Assembly: GCA_038143065.1 (NCBI GenBank)
Contig: JAYQLI010000029.1
Location: 1 to 19,501 of the forward strand
DNA length: 19,501 nucleotides
From: Rhodospirillales bacterium
Lineage (GTDB): Bacteria; Pseudomonadota; Alphaproteobacteria; Bin95
Direction of reading: 5' to 3'
Shown here in pieces: positions 8,631-17,735 of this stretch (positions are counted from its first letter, which is position 1; each line of letters opens with the position of its first letter). The notes beneath the pieces were generated by a model. It was not told where the DNA came from. It ran no database searches and saw only the letters and a program-made list of their open reading frames with translations. The position numbers and the translations under genes were made by a program.

Positions 8631-8726
8631 ATGATTCGCAATATGTTGGAATTTTTCGCGGTAATTTTGTTTACAATCGCGATATTTTACGCGCCAAAAC
8701 TTATTCAGATTTTGGGGTCGCTATAA
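8631..8726 (+). CDS. 31-aa hydrophobic (single-TM) peptide MIRNMLEFFAVILFTIAIFYAPKLIQILGSL
   Basis: GAAAGGTA leader upstream; TAATG coupling to the next gene. Confidence 0.6.
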   Translation: MIRNMLEFFAVILFTIAIFYAPKLIQILGSL

Positions 8727-8929
8727 TGAATTATGAAACAATGGCCGCAATTGATGCATATAAAGAAGAGTTTTATTATTTTGCATATGAGGGTGAACAA
8801 GGTTCATTCATTGATTTGGCGCGTGAATTATTCATTGAAGACAATGGCGAAAAAGAAGCGCAAAAAATAGCATGGCAATATGTTTGCGGATATTTTGCCG
8901 CAATAAAACGTGAACTAAACGAAAGGTAA
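8726..8929 (+). CDS. Hypothetical acidic protein, 67 aa
   Basis: Translationally coupled ORF within the operon. Confidence 0.7.
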   Translation: MNYETMAAIDAYKEEFYYFAYEGEQGSFIDLARELFIEDNGEKEAQKIAWQYVCGYFAAIKRELNER

Positions 8930-8933
8930 GACA

Positions 8934-9287
8934 ATGAATAGAGTAGCAATAGAATTCCATGATTTTGACAATATGGATTTATTCCAGGCAATTTATGGGG
9001 TCGCGTCAATCAATGGATTTGATGATGTTTCTTGGCATAATGACGCGATGCCATGCATGGAAAGAGTATTTCAATTTGAGACAAAACCGAATGTAACGGT
9101 AAAAATTTGGATTGATTGGAAAAATCCTAATTATTCCGATTTTGCCGAATTACGAGAGTCGGGACAATGGAAACAAATTGCCATTGATGAACTAAACGAA
9201 AGAGACGATTCAATGTATTGTTTCCATTTTGACAGCGCAATTGATGCAATTCTGCATTTGCGCAATGTGATCAATAAATACGAATAA
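8934..9287 (+). CDS. Hypothetical acidic protein, 117 aa (DDVSWHNDAMPC motif)
   Basis: GAAAGGTAAGACAATG leader; Asp/Glu/Trp-rich. Confidence 0.75.
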   Translation: MNRVAIEFHDFDNMDLFQAIYGVASINGFDDVSWHNDAMPCMERVFQFETKPNVTVKIWIDWKNPNYSDFAELRESGQWKQIAIDELNERDDSMYCFHFDSAIDAILHLRNVINKYE

Positions 9288-9317
9288 ATCTAAACGCTAA
9301 ACGAAAGGTACAAGACA

Positions 9318-10070
9318 ATGGAAAATAAAGCTTACAATTTCGCGGGTAAATTAATTCGCGCGGGCGGTGATGCAAAGACAATCAAGGGACAAGACAAGGG
9401 ATATTTCACCGCTATCATGTATATGACACCCCATATAACAATGGGGCAAAATCTATGCCCTATGGCCGAAACCGCGGGATGTTTAAAGGGATGTTTAAAC
9501 ACTGCTGGACGTGGTCAAATGAATAGCGTTCAAGAAGCGCGACAAAGAAAAGCTGAATTCTTTGTCGCGGATCGCGATGCATTTATGGCAATGCTATATG
9601 ATGATATCCGTCGTTTTATTAACTATTGCCTAAAGAAAGATTTGAAACCGTGCATCCGTTTGAACGGGACAACGGATATCCGATGGGAAAACATTTGCTA
9701 TAAGAAGCACACAATTTTTGAATTGTTTCCCGACGTGCAATTCTATGATTACACAAAAATAGCTAATCGCAGAAACATCCCGAATAACTATCATTTAACG
9801 TTTAGTTATTCGGCCGCAAATCCAATCTATGCGCGCCAAGTAAAAATTGCGTTGGACAATGGAATGAATATGGCCGTCGTGTTTCGTGACAAAGACACAA
9901 TACCAGGCGAATTCATGGGGCGGCCAACGGTTGATGGTGATAAGAATGATTTGCGGTTTCTTGATCCGCAACATTGCATTGTTGCATTGTATGCCAAGGG
10001 GCAAGCGAAACGTGATCAATCCGGTTTTGTTGTTGATGCAATGCCATTGTATGCAATTGCTGCTGAATAA
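9318..10070 (+). CDS. Phage Gp88-like protein (putative Fe-S, radical-SAM-like fold)
   Basis: NLCPMAETAGCLKGCLNTAGRG Cys cluster, IRLNGTTDIRWE, VQFYDYTK, YHLTFSYS, VDGDKNDLRFLD and VALYAKG motifs. Confidence 0.75.
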   Translation: MENKAYNFAGKLIRAGGDAKTIKGQDKGYFTAIMYMTPHITMGQNLCPMAETAGCLKGCLNTAGRGQMNSVQEARQRKAEFFVADRDAFMAMLYDDIRRFINYCLKKDLKPCIRLNGTTDIRWENICYKKHTIFELFPDVQFYDYTKIANRRNIPNNYHLTFSYSAANPIYARQVKIALDNGMNMAVVFRDKDTIPGEFMGRPTVDGDKNDLRFLDPQHCIVALYAKGQAKRDQSGFVVDAMPLYAIAAE

Positions 10071-10087
10071 ATGAAAGGTAAAAGACA

Positions 10088-10352
10088 ATGACAGATAAAG
10101 CTTTAGAAATAGAGACAAAACAAATTGATCGCAGCATATGATGCCACAATTCAAGTTGATTGGCTTATTGGGATTGGTGGCTATATGGAAAAAAAAAGAT
10201 TGGGTTTTATTGGTTTTTATCATGCATATGACGAAAGCATAAATGTTTTTCGTTCACGAGTTTTAAAAGCATATGACGCAATCAATAAAGCTTATGAAAT
10301 TGGCCCGATGGTGAAATACAATCATCAATCACATTTGCAGAAACCGACGTGA
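10088..10352 (+). CDS. Hypothetical protein (start 10088, probable frameshift near 10120)
   Basis: GAAAGGTAAAAGACAATG leader, then MTDKALEIETK..., joining ORF 10125..10352. Confidence 0.55.
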
Positions 10353-10359
10353 ATATGTA

Positions 10360-10443
10360 ATGAGTGAAAAGATATTTAACGCGATTGTTTTAGCAATCAT
10401 GGCAATACTAGGTTTAATACATGAATTGATTGGGACGTTATAA
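10360..10443 (+). CDS. 27-aa hydrophobic peptide MSEKIFNAIVLAIMAILGLIHELIGTL
   Basis: Read by hand; TM-like segment; stop codon lies inside the terminator hairpin. Confidence 0.5.
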   Translation: MSEKIFNAIVLAIMAILGLIHELIGTL

Positions 10444-10458
10444 CGTCCCTTTCTTTTT
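10432..10458 (+). terminator. Rho-independent terminator closing the AT-rich operon
   Basis: Perfect palindrome GGGACGTTATAACGTCCC followed by TTTCTTTTT. Confidence 0.8.
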
Positions 10459-10553
10459 GTCTTTCGCGCGGTTTATCCGCGTTTTTTTGTGCCTTTCTGT
10501 CATTGTATACCAAACCTGGCAATTGTTCTCGATTGTACTGAATTAATACAATG

Positions 10554-10612
10554 GCATACAATTGCGGGTCCTTTGCATACAATTGCCCTGCGGGTACGCG
10601 CGAGGCGCGATT
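10554..10612 (+). other. cos packaging site (cosQ/cosN-like)
   Basis: CGGGTCCTTT containing the lambda cosQ heptamer GGGTCCT (10566-10572); GC-rich GCGGGTACGCGCGAGGCGCG downstream; located directly upstream of the small terminase. Confidence 0.7.
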
Positions 10613-10659
10613 CATTTCTAGTGGTAGGGGTTATATAAGGGGTGACGCTAGATGTAGTC

Positions 10660-10689
10660 TTGTCAGGCCACACATGCTATTGTTATGAT
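10660..10689 (+). promoter_or_regulatory. Candidate promoter for packaging/structural genes
   Basis: TTGTCA, 18-bp spacer, TATGAT with an extended -10 TG. Confidence 0.45.
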
Positions 10690-10714
10690 ATCTTCGCACT
10701 AGAAGGGGCGAAAA

Positions 10715-11179
10715 ATGGCATCTCAGAGCGAAATATCGTCAAAACTTGGAATAAATGTCGCAACATTTAAGGATTTTGTGGCGCGTGGCATCATCGAAGA
10801 GCGAGATCGAGGTCAGTATACCTTAGAAGAATGCGCAAAGCAGTATCTAAATCACCTTCGCGAGATTGCAGCCGGACGTATGACTACTGATGGTCTTAAT
10901 CTTGCCGACGAAAGAGCGAGGTTGGCTAAGGAGCAGGCTGATGCCAAAGAGATGGAAAACATGGTAGAGCGCGGTGAGCTGCTCTATATGGATGATGTTA
11001 TCAAAGACTTTGAGGATCAGTTGATGAACTGTAAGACAAAGCTTTTGGCGACACCAACGAAGATCGCTGCTGAAGTATTCGCATCCCGTGATGTGCAAGA
11101 AGTTCAGGAACTTATGGAAGAAGCAATTAAGGACGCATTAAGTGAATTGGTCGGATACCGTCAGAAAGACGCAGCGTAA
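10715..11179 (+). CDS. terS: Terminase small subunit (lambda Nu1-like)
   Basis: N-terminal winged HTH, coiled-coil ERARLAKEQADAKEMEN..RGEL; position upstream of GpA. Confidence 0.85.
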   Translation: MASQSEISSKLGINVATFKDFVARGIIEERDRGQYTLEECAKQYLNHLREIAAGRMTTDGLNLADERARLAKEQADAKEMENMVERGELLYMDDVIKDFEDQLMNCKTKLLATPTKIAAEVFASRDVQEVQELMEEAIKDALSELVGYRQKDAA

Positions 11180-12987
11180 GAAATTTCAGCAGCGTTTACA
11201 GCAGGCGATGCGTCGTGCGCTGAAGCCACCACCTAAATTGAGCGTGTCGGAATGGGCTGACCAGTATCGCCAATTGTCGTCGGAAAGTTCTGCTGAAGCG
11301 GGTAAATGGTCCACGCGTCGTGCTGAATATCAACGTGGCATGATGGATGCTGTCAGCGACCCGAAGATAGAGACTGTTGTCTTGATGACTGCCGCGCAGA
11401 TCGGGAAGACTGAGTTGATCAATAATGTGGTTGGTTTTCATTCATCAGGACCCTGCTCCGATGTTGATTGTGCAGCCAACCTTAGAGATGGCACAAACTT
11501 GGTCAAAGGACCGCTTGGCTCCGGCGATCAGAGATACCCCTGTTTTGCATCAGAAGGTTGGCGATCCTCGATCCCGTGATGGCGGCAACACGACTTTGCA
11601 TAAAGTATTCCCTGGTGGACATGTTACAGCGGCGGGTTCGAACAGTCCTGTCTCACTGGCATCTCGACCATGTCGCCTAATCCTGTGCGATGAGGTTGAT
11701 AGGTATCCTCTTTCGGCGGGGTCGGAGGGTGATCCAGTTTCACTTGCGCGTAAACGTGCGACGACGTTCTGGAATAGAAAGATTGTTTTGGTGAGTACGC
11801 CAACTGAGAAAGGTGCATCTCGGATTGAGCAAGCTTACGACGAAAGTGATCAACGTAAGTTCCACGTTGAATGCCATGATTGCAAAGAGTGGCAGGTTTT
11901 ACAGTGGTCTAACGTAAAATGGTCGAATAGCGATCCACGCACTGCTGAATACACATGTGAGCATTGTGGATCGTGTTGGAGTGATGCGGATCGATATAAG
12001 GCGATAAGGTACGGTGAATGGCGAAAAACGGCAGATGGCGATGGAAAGACAGCAGGTTTTCACCTTTCCGCGCTTTATTCTCCTTGGACATCATTAGAAG
12101 AAATCGTGAGAGACTTCATCGCATCAAAGCGCGATCCCATGCGACTAAAGACGTGGGTAAACACGACACTCGGCGAAACATGGGAAGATCAAGGCGAGAC
12201 ACTTGATGAATACGATCTTATGTCGCGGCGTGAAGATCATGGCGATGAACTGCCTGAAGATGTGCTTGTTTTGACTGCTGGAGTGGATATTCAGGATGAT
12301 CGTGCGGCTGTTGAGATCGTAGGTTGGGCCGAGGAGAGCGCAGCTATAGTCTGTTTTACGATGAATTCTATGGTGACCCATCTACTAAGGATTTCTGGAA
12401 CGTACTCGATACGACGTTATTACAATCGTTCAAACATCCGTTATCTGGCGATATGGTGATTAGATCGACCTGTGTGGACAGTGGCGGTCACTACACGCAA
12501 CAGGTTTATAATTACTGTAAGACCAGGGCGGGACGCAGGATATTCGCGATTAAGGGTGTTGGTGGTGAAGGTAAACCAATCATTGGACGGCCAACCAAGA
12601 ATAACATTGGTAAGATTAATCTATTCCCTGTCGGTACAGATACAGCAAAAGAGCTTATATTTGCTCGATTACGGATCAAAGACTTTGGACCGGGATTTTG
12701 CCACTTTTCGTCGCAGAATTCTGACGAATATTTCCGCATGCTGACCTCAGAAAAGAAGGTAACGCGTTATTTTAAAGGCCGTCCAAAGCGTGAGTGGATT
12801 AAGATCTGGCAGCGAAATGAGGCTTTAGACTGTCGCGTATACGCAACCGCAAAGATTTAGCCTTCTGAACATAAATCTAGATGTTGTTGCAAAACATGCA
12901 CAAAATAGGGTACAATCGGACCAAATGCAGCCAAAACGTCGCCCTGCTTTGCCTCGGCGTAATTCGTTCGTTCATGGGTATAAATAA
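11142..12987 (+). CDS. terL: Terminase large subunit (lambda GpA family), three apparent frameshifts
   Basis: PPPKLSVSEWAD, AQIGKTE Walker A, CDEVDRY Walker B, VSTPT, Zn-binding Cys pairs, TAGVDIQDDR, VDSGG, IFAIKG and RNEALDCRVYA motifs; spans ORFs 11142..11579, 11425..12459, 12324..12860 and a tail ending at TAA 12987. Confidence 0.95.
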
Positions 12988-12989
12988 AT

Positions 12990-13579
12990 ATGGCTAATCT
13001 TTTTGACGCTGCGAATGCTCCTGAAGGAGAACCAACTGAGATTGTTGTTGGTGACTTTATCCAATGGAAGAAAGCATTAATAGCTCAGGATTACCCAACA
13101 GCCACGCACTCTGCTGAATATGTCGCTCGATTACTGGCGGTGGTTCGAATGAGATTAAGTTGGCTGCCACTGAGACTAACGGTTACTATCTCTTCACTGT
13201 AGACAGCACGACATCGGCAGAATTTGCTGTAGGTCGCTATCACTGGCAGCTTGAGATTACGCAAACGTCATCCGGCAATAGATTGGTTGTTGAGCGTGGT
13301 GAATTCGAGGCGATCCCCGACTTAGACGTAAATCAGTCTGATCCACGCAGTCATGCAGAAAAGATGGTGCCATTGATTGAGACTGTGATGGAAGCGAAGG
13401 CCGCAGGCGGTGATGTTTCATCATACAGCATCAACGGGCGTTCCGCTAACAAGATGACCTATGCTGAATTGATAGAGGCTAGGGATTACTACAAGGCAGA
13501 GCTGAATCGACATCGTCGGGAAGAACTAATTAAGCGCGGCAAAGCAAGCTCAAACACAGTCAAGGTGAGGTTTATTTGA
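12990..13579 (+). CDS. Head-tail adaptor (gpW-like C-terminus with N-terminal extension), frameshift near 13130
   Basis: SSYSINGRSANKMTYAELIEARDYY and terminal KVRF motifs; position between terL and portal. Confidence 0.75.
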
Positions 13580-15069
13580 TGGGGATTTTTTAGATTTATT
13601 CACCCGACAGAAGAAACAGCCTCGCCAACGTAACTACGCTGCTGCCGCCAAAGGGCGGCTTTTCGCTGATTTTATCGGGTCTAATCGGAGTGCTGACAGT
13701 GAAATCCGTTGGGCTATTCGTGATATTAGAAATTGCAGTCGTGATCTTGAGCGAAATAATGAATACTTCCGTCGTTATCTTCAGCTTCTTCGCACTAATG
13801 TCGTAGGAGAAGGTGGTTTTAACCTACAGATCAAAGCAAGAAACCCAGACAATAGCTTAGATCGTCCAGGCGCAAACATTGTTGAGGGTGCATGGAAAGA
13901 GTTTTCACGCATTGGTGGATGTACTGTTGATGGCCGGATGTCGATGATTGATCTGTGTAATCACGTCATTACGGGTATGGCGCGTGATGGAGAAGTGTTT
14001 CTTCAGGTCGTAAAGGGTAACTATTTACGCCACGGGATTGCCGTTCAGATCATTGAGCCAGATCGCGTTGACGAAGAGAAGAATGAGTTAGCACCAAACG
14101 GCAACCAAATTCGTATGGGTGTTGAGCTAGACAATCGCACTAAGCGTCCTATCGCTTATCATGTGCTGACATATCACAAAGGTGATTATGATTATATGTT
14201 ACCTCAGAATGAGCGGAAGTATGAGGTAATTCCTGCCGATGAGATGATGCACATCTATCGTGTTGAGCGGGCAGGTCAAACGCGCGGTGTGCCTTGGTCA
14301 GCCGCCGCTCTCTCGTCCCTGAAGATGCTCCACGGGTATCGAGAGGCTGAATTGGTCGCCGCGCGTACCGCTGCTGCGAAGATGGGCTTCTTCACATCTC
14401 CAGCGGGTGACGGATTTACCGCTGACGGATTTGATGATGAGGATAACACGGTTCCAATCTTTGATGCGGAAGCTGGATCGTTCCATCAATTGCCAGCGGG
14501 TGTATCTTTCCAAGCATTTGATCCTACACACCCAACCTCTGCATTTGCTGACTTTGAGAAGGCAATTTTGCGTGGGATCGCGGGTGGATTAGGTGTTAGC
14601 TATACCTCACTGGCTAACGACCTTGAGGGGACGAGTTATTCATCGATCCGTCAGGGGCGCCCTCGAAGAGCGTGACTTCTATAAAACCATGCATCGCTTC
14701 ATGATTGATCACTTCCTTGATCCGTTTTACCGTATGTGGCTTGAGCATGTTATCAACTTTAACTTCATTCCAATTTCTGGTGGCCAGAAGTTTAATAAGT
14801 TTAGCATGGATGTTTCATGGCGTGGTCGCGGTTTCCAGTGGGTTGATCCACTGAAAGAGATCAATGCTGCTGTTGTCGGATTGCAGAATGGTATCCTTAG
14901 CCACTCTGACATTGCCGCCAACTATGGTCGTGATGCTGAAGAGACGTTTGCACAGATTGAGCGTGATCAAGAGACAGCAGCTCAGTTCGGCTTAAACATG
15001 GCCTATCAACCGTTTGGCGATAAGCTTCCAGTTCCAGCGGAGGGCGAAGATGTCGAACAAGCCGACTAG
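13579..15069 (+). CDS. Portal protein, lambda family (frameshifts at the T-run near 13590 and near 14655)
   Basis: SRDLERNNEY..NVVG, RDGEVF, IRMGVELD, GQTRGVPW, SYSSIRQG and WVDPLKE motifs. Confidence 0.93.
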
Positions 15070-17494
15070 CGGAATGAAGACAGAGGCGCAGCGTGGCCTC
15101 GATTGGCGTAAGGAATTTGGTCGCGGCGGCACCGAAGTAGGCATTGCCCGTGCGCGTGACATCGTCAACGGTAAGAATTTATCAGATGATACAGTGAAGC
15201 GGATGTATTCATTCTTCAGCCGTCATGAAGTTGACAAGAAGGCTGAAGGTTTTCGCCCTGGAGAAGAGGGCTTCCCGTCAAACGGCAGGATCGCCTGGGC
15301 TTTGTGGGGCGGTGACAGCGGTTACTCATTTAGCCGTAAAATTGCAGAACGTCTGAAGAAAGAGGATCGCACTATGCAAGATATGGATGAATCTGATACT
15401 ATATCCCCAGATATTGAGGATGAAACAATGACTGATGAAGTTCGTGCGGAACCTGATGAACTAAGCGTTGGCGACTTTGTGAGCTGGGATAGTTCAGGCG
15501 GTGAAGCCTATGGCAAGATCGAACGGATTGAACGTGACGGTTCTATCGACGTTCCAGATAGTGATTTTACGATCAACGGTGATGCAGATGATCCTGCTGC
15601 GTTGATTGAAGTATATCGCGAAGGCGAGGACGGTTATGAGGCTTCTGGTCGCATGGCTGGTCACCGTTTTTCTACGCTGACTAAAACAGCGGAGCGCGGA
15701 TACAAAGATAATGAAGAGATGCGTTTTGCCCGTGATGAAATGAAAACACGCGGCATGATGTTCGACTCAAAGGTAATCGACGAAGAAAAGCGCACGGTTC
15801 AAATCGCTGTATCCAGTGAAGAACCAGTTGAGCGTAGCTTCGGCACTGAAATTTTAGATCACAATGAACGCAGCATTGACCTTAGCTTTGCGCGTTCAGG
15901 CACTATGCCATTGTTGTTGGATCACGATCCGCGTCAACAGATTGGTGTAGTTGAAGATGTTCGCCTCGATGGCTCGGCACGCCGTTTGCGTGCGACGGTT
16001 CGTTTCGGAAGAAATGGGCTTGCCAAAGATGTGTTCGAGGATGTTGTTGATGGTATCAGACGCAACATCTCTGTTGGCTACCAAGTCAACTCAATGGTCG
16101 AGGACAAGACGGGTAGCTACCGTGTTGATAATTGGCTACCAATGGAGGTATCCGTTGTCGGAATCCCAGCAGACAGATCAGTCGGCGTGGGACGCTCTGC
16201 AACAGATGCGCCACCCGCACAACCCAAACCTGAAACTCTTATTAAGGAGCCTACTATGACTGATGAAGTTCAAGTAGACGTAGAGGCGGTACGCGCAGAA
16301 GCAGCACGTTCCGCAGCTAAAGACACTGCCGAAATGTATCGCCTAGCAGCAAAGCACAACAAACGCGATATGGCAGACGAAGCGGTTGCAAATGGCCGTT
16401 CACTAGCGGAATTCCGTGGTGAATTGCTAGAAGCAATCGGAAACCAGCCACTAGATACACAAGAGATTGGCCTAACAAAGAAAGAAGTTCGTAACTTCTC
16501 TTTGATGAAAGCAATCCGTGCAATGGCGAACCCAACAGACCGTAATGCACAAGCGGAAGCAGCATTCGAGTTTGAAGCAGCACAAGAAGCAGCGAAACGT
16601 GCTGGCGCAGACCCACAAGGTCTATACATGCCACACGACGTTCTACGTTCTTGGAACCAGCGTGATCTGAACACATCAGACGACAGCGCAATGGTTGCAG
16701 AAGCGTATCGCGGCGGTGACTTCATTGACGTACTACGCAACGCATCATCAGTGATGCAAGCTGGCGCGACAATGTTGACAGGTCTATCAGGCGACGTAAA
16801 AATCCCTAAGAAGACAGCGGCTTCAACAGGTGCTTGGATCGCAACTGAAGGTGGCGCATCCACTGAGAGCGAACCAACATTCGGTCAGGTCACAATGTCA
16901 CCAAAAACAGTTGGTGCATTCACTGACATCACACGCTTGATGATGATGCAATCTTCACTAGACATCGAAAACCTAGTTCGTGCTGACCTTTCAGCAGGTA
17001 TCGCACTAGCAATCGATAGTGGCGCATTGTCAGGGTCAGGTTCATCTGGTCAGCCAACAGGTATTTCGAATACTTCAGGCATCAACGCACCAACATCTTT
17101 CGCAGCAGCTAACCCAACATTCGCAGAAGTAGTTGCGATGGAAACAGCAGTTGCAGAAGATAACGCGCTATTGGGCAACCTAGCGTACATCTTGCCAGCA
17201 AGCATGGCAGGCGCGTTGAAAACAACAGCAAAAGACGCTGGCTCAGGCCAGTTCGTTTTAACTGGTGGTGAGATGAACGGATACCGTGCAATCGTATCTA
17301 ACCAAGTCACAGCAGGCGACCTATACTTCGGTAACTTCGCAGACTGCTTGATTGGTATGTACGGTGGCTTGGACATCACAGTTGATCCATACACTGCATC
17401 TACATCAGGCACAGTGCGCATCGTAGCGTTGCAAACTATGGACGTAGCAGTACGTCACGCAGTTAGCTTCGCATACAACAACGACGGCGCATAA
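15050..17494 (+). CDS. Fused prohead protease-major capsid protein (HK97 fold) with two extra N-terminal domains
   Basis: ATG 15050 after GGAGGG; protease motifs PLLLDHD, RNISVGY, EVSVVGIPAD; capsid motifs IPKKT..WIATEG, TMSPKTVG, QPTGI, FGNFAD, D.AVRH. Confidence 0.93.
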   Translation: MSNKPTSGMKTEAQRGLDWRKEFGRGGTEVGIARARDIVNGKNLSDDTVKRMYSFFSRHEVDKKAEGFRPGEEGFPSNGRIAWALWGGDSGYSFSRKIAERLKKEDRTMQDMDESDTISPDIEDETMTDEVRAEPDELSVGDFVSWDSSGGEAYGKIERIERDGSIDVPDSDFTINGDADDPAALIEVYREGEDGYEASGRMAGHRFSTLTKTAERGYKDNEEMRFARDEMKTRGMMFDSKVIDEEKRTVQIAVSSEEPVERSFGTEILDHNERSIDLSFARSGTMPLLLDHDPRQQIGVVEDVRLDGSARRLRATVRFGRNGLAKDVFEDVVDGIRRNISVGYQVNSMVEDKTGSYRVDNWLPMEVSVVGIPADRSVGVGRSATDAPPAQPKPETLIKEPTMTDEVQVDVEAVRAEAARSAAKDTAEMYRLAAKHNKRDMADEAVANGRSLAEFRGELLEAIGNQPLDTQEIGLTKKEVRNFSLMKAIRAMANPTDRNAQAEAAFEFEAAQEAAKRAGADPQGLYMPHDVLRSWNQRDLNTSDDSAMVAEAYRGGDFIDVLRNASSVMQAGATMLTGLSGDVKIPKKTAASTGAWIATEGGASTESEPTFGQVTMSPKTVGAFTDITRLMMMQSSLDIENLVRADLSAGIALAIDSGALSGSGSSGQPTGISNTSGINAPTSFAAANPTFAEVVAMETAVAEDNALLGNLAYILPASMAGALKTTAKDAGSGQFVLTGGEMNGYRAIVSNQVTAGDLYFGNFADCLIGMYGGLDITVDPYTASTSGTVRIVALQTMDVAVRHAVSFAYNNDGA

Positions 17495-17503
17495 TGCTAA
17501 CGT

Positions 17504-17522
17504 GGGGCGGCCTTGCCGCCCC
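17504..17522 (+). terminator. GC-rich hairpin after the capsid gene
   Basis: GGGGCGGC-CTT-GCCGCCCC followed by a pyrimidine run. Confidence 0.55.
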
Positions 17523-17541
17523 CTCTTCTGAGGGGTCAAAA

Positions 17542-17735
17542 ATGAAGTACATCATTCTAAAATCATGTGTCGCAGCGGGCGCATCGTAAAGGCTGGCGAG
17601 ATTGTTGAGCTAGGAGCAGATGAAGCGGCTTCGTTGACGGCCTATGGGCGAGTTGCCGTGGCACCAGAGGCAAAGCCTACTGCTGCTTCGACAGATCGCG
17701 CTGCAAAGCCTAAATCAACACGGGCGAAGAAATGA
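17542..17735 (+). CDS. Small head-associated protein (frameshift near 17585)
   Basis: MKYIILKSCVAAGAS..KAGEIVELGADEAASLTAYGRV...KSTRAKK; GAGGGG RBS; typical post-capsid position. Confidence 0.6.

Noticed and set aside
16270-17421. Long antisense ORFs opposite the capsid gene (and similar ones opposite primase and PAPS reductase)
   Set aside because: Shadow ORFs caused by codon bias of the sense genes
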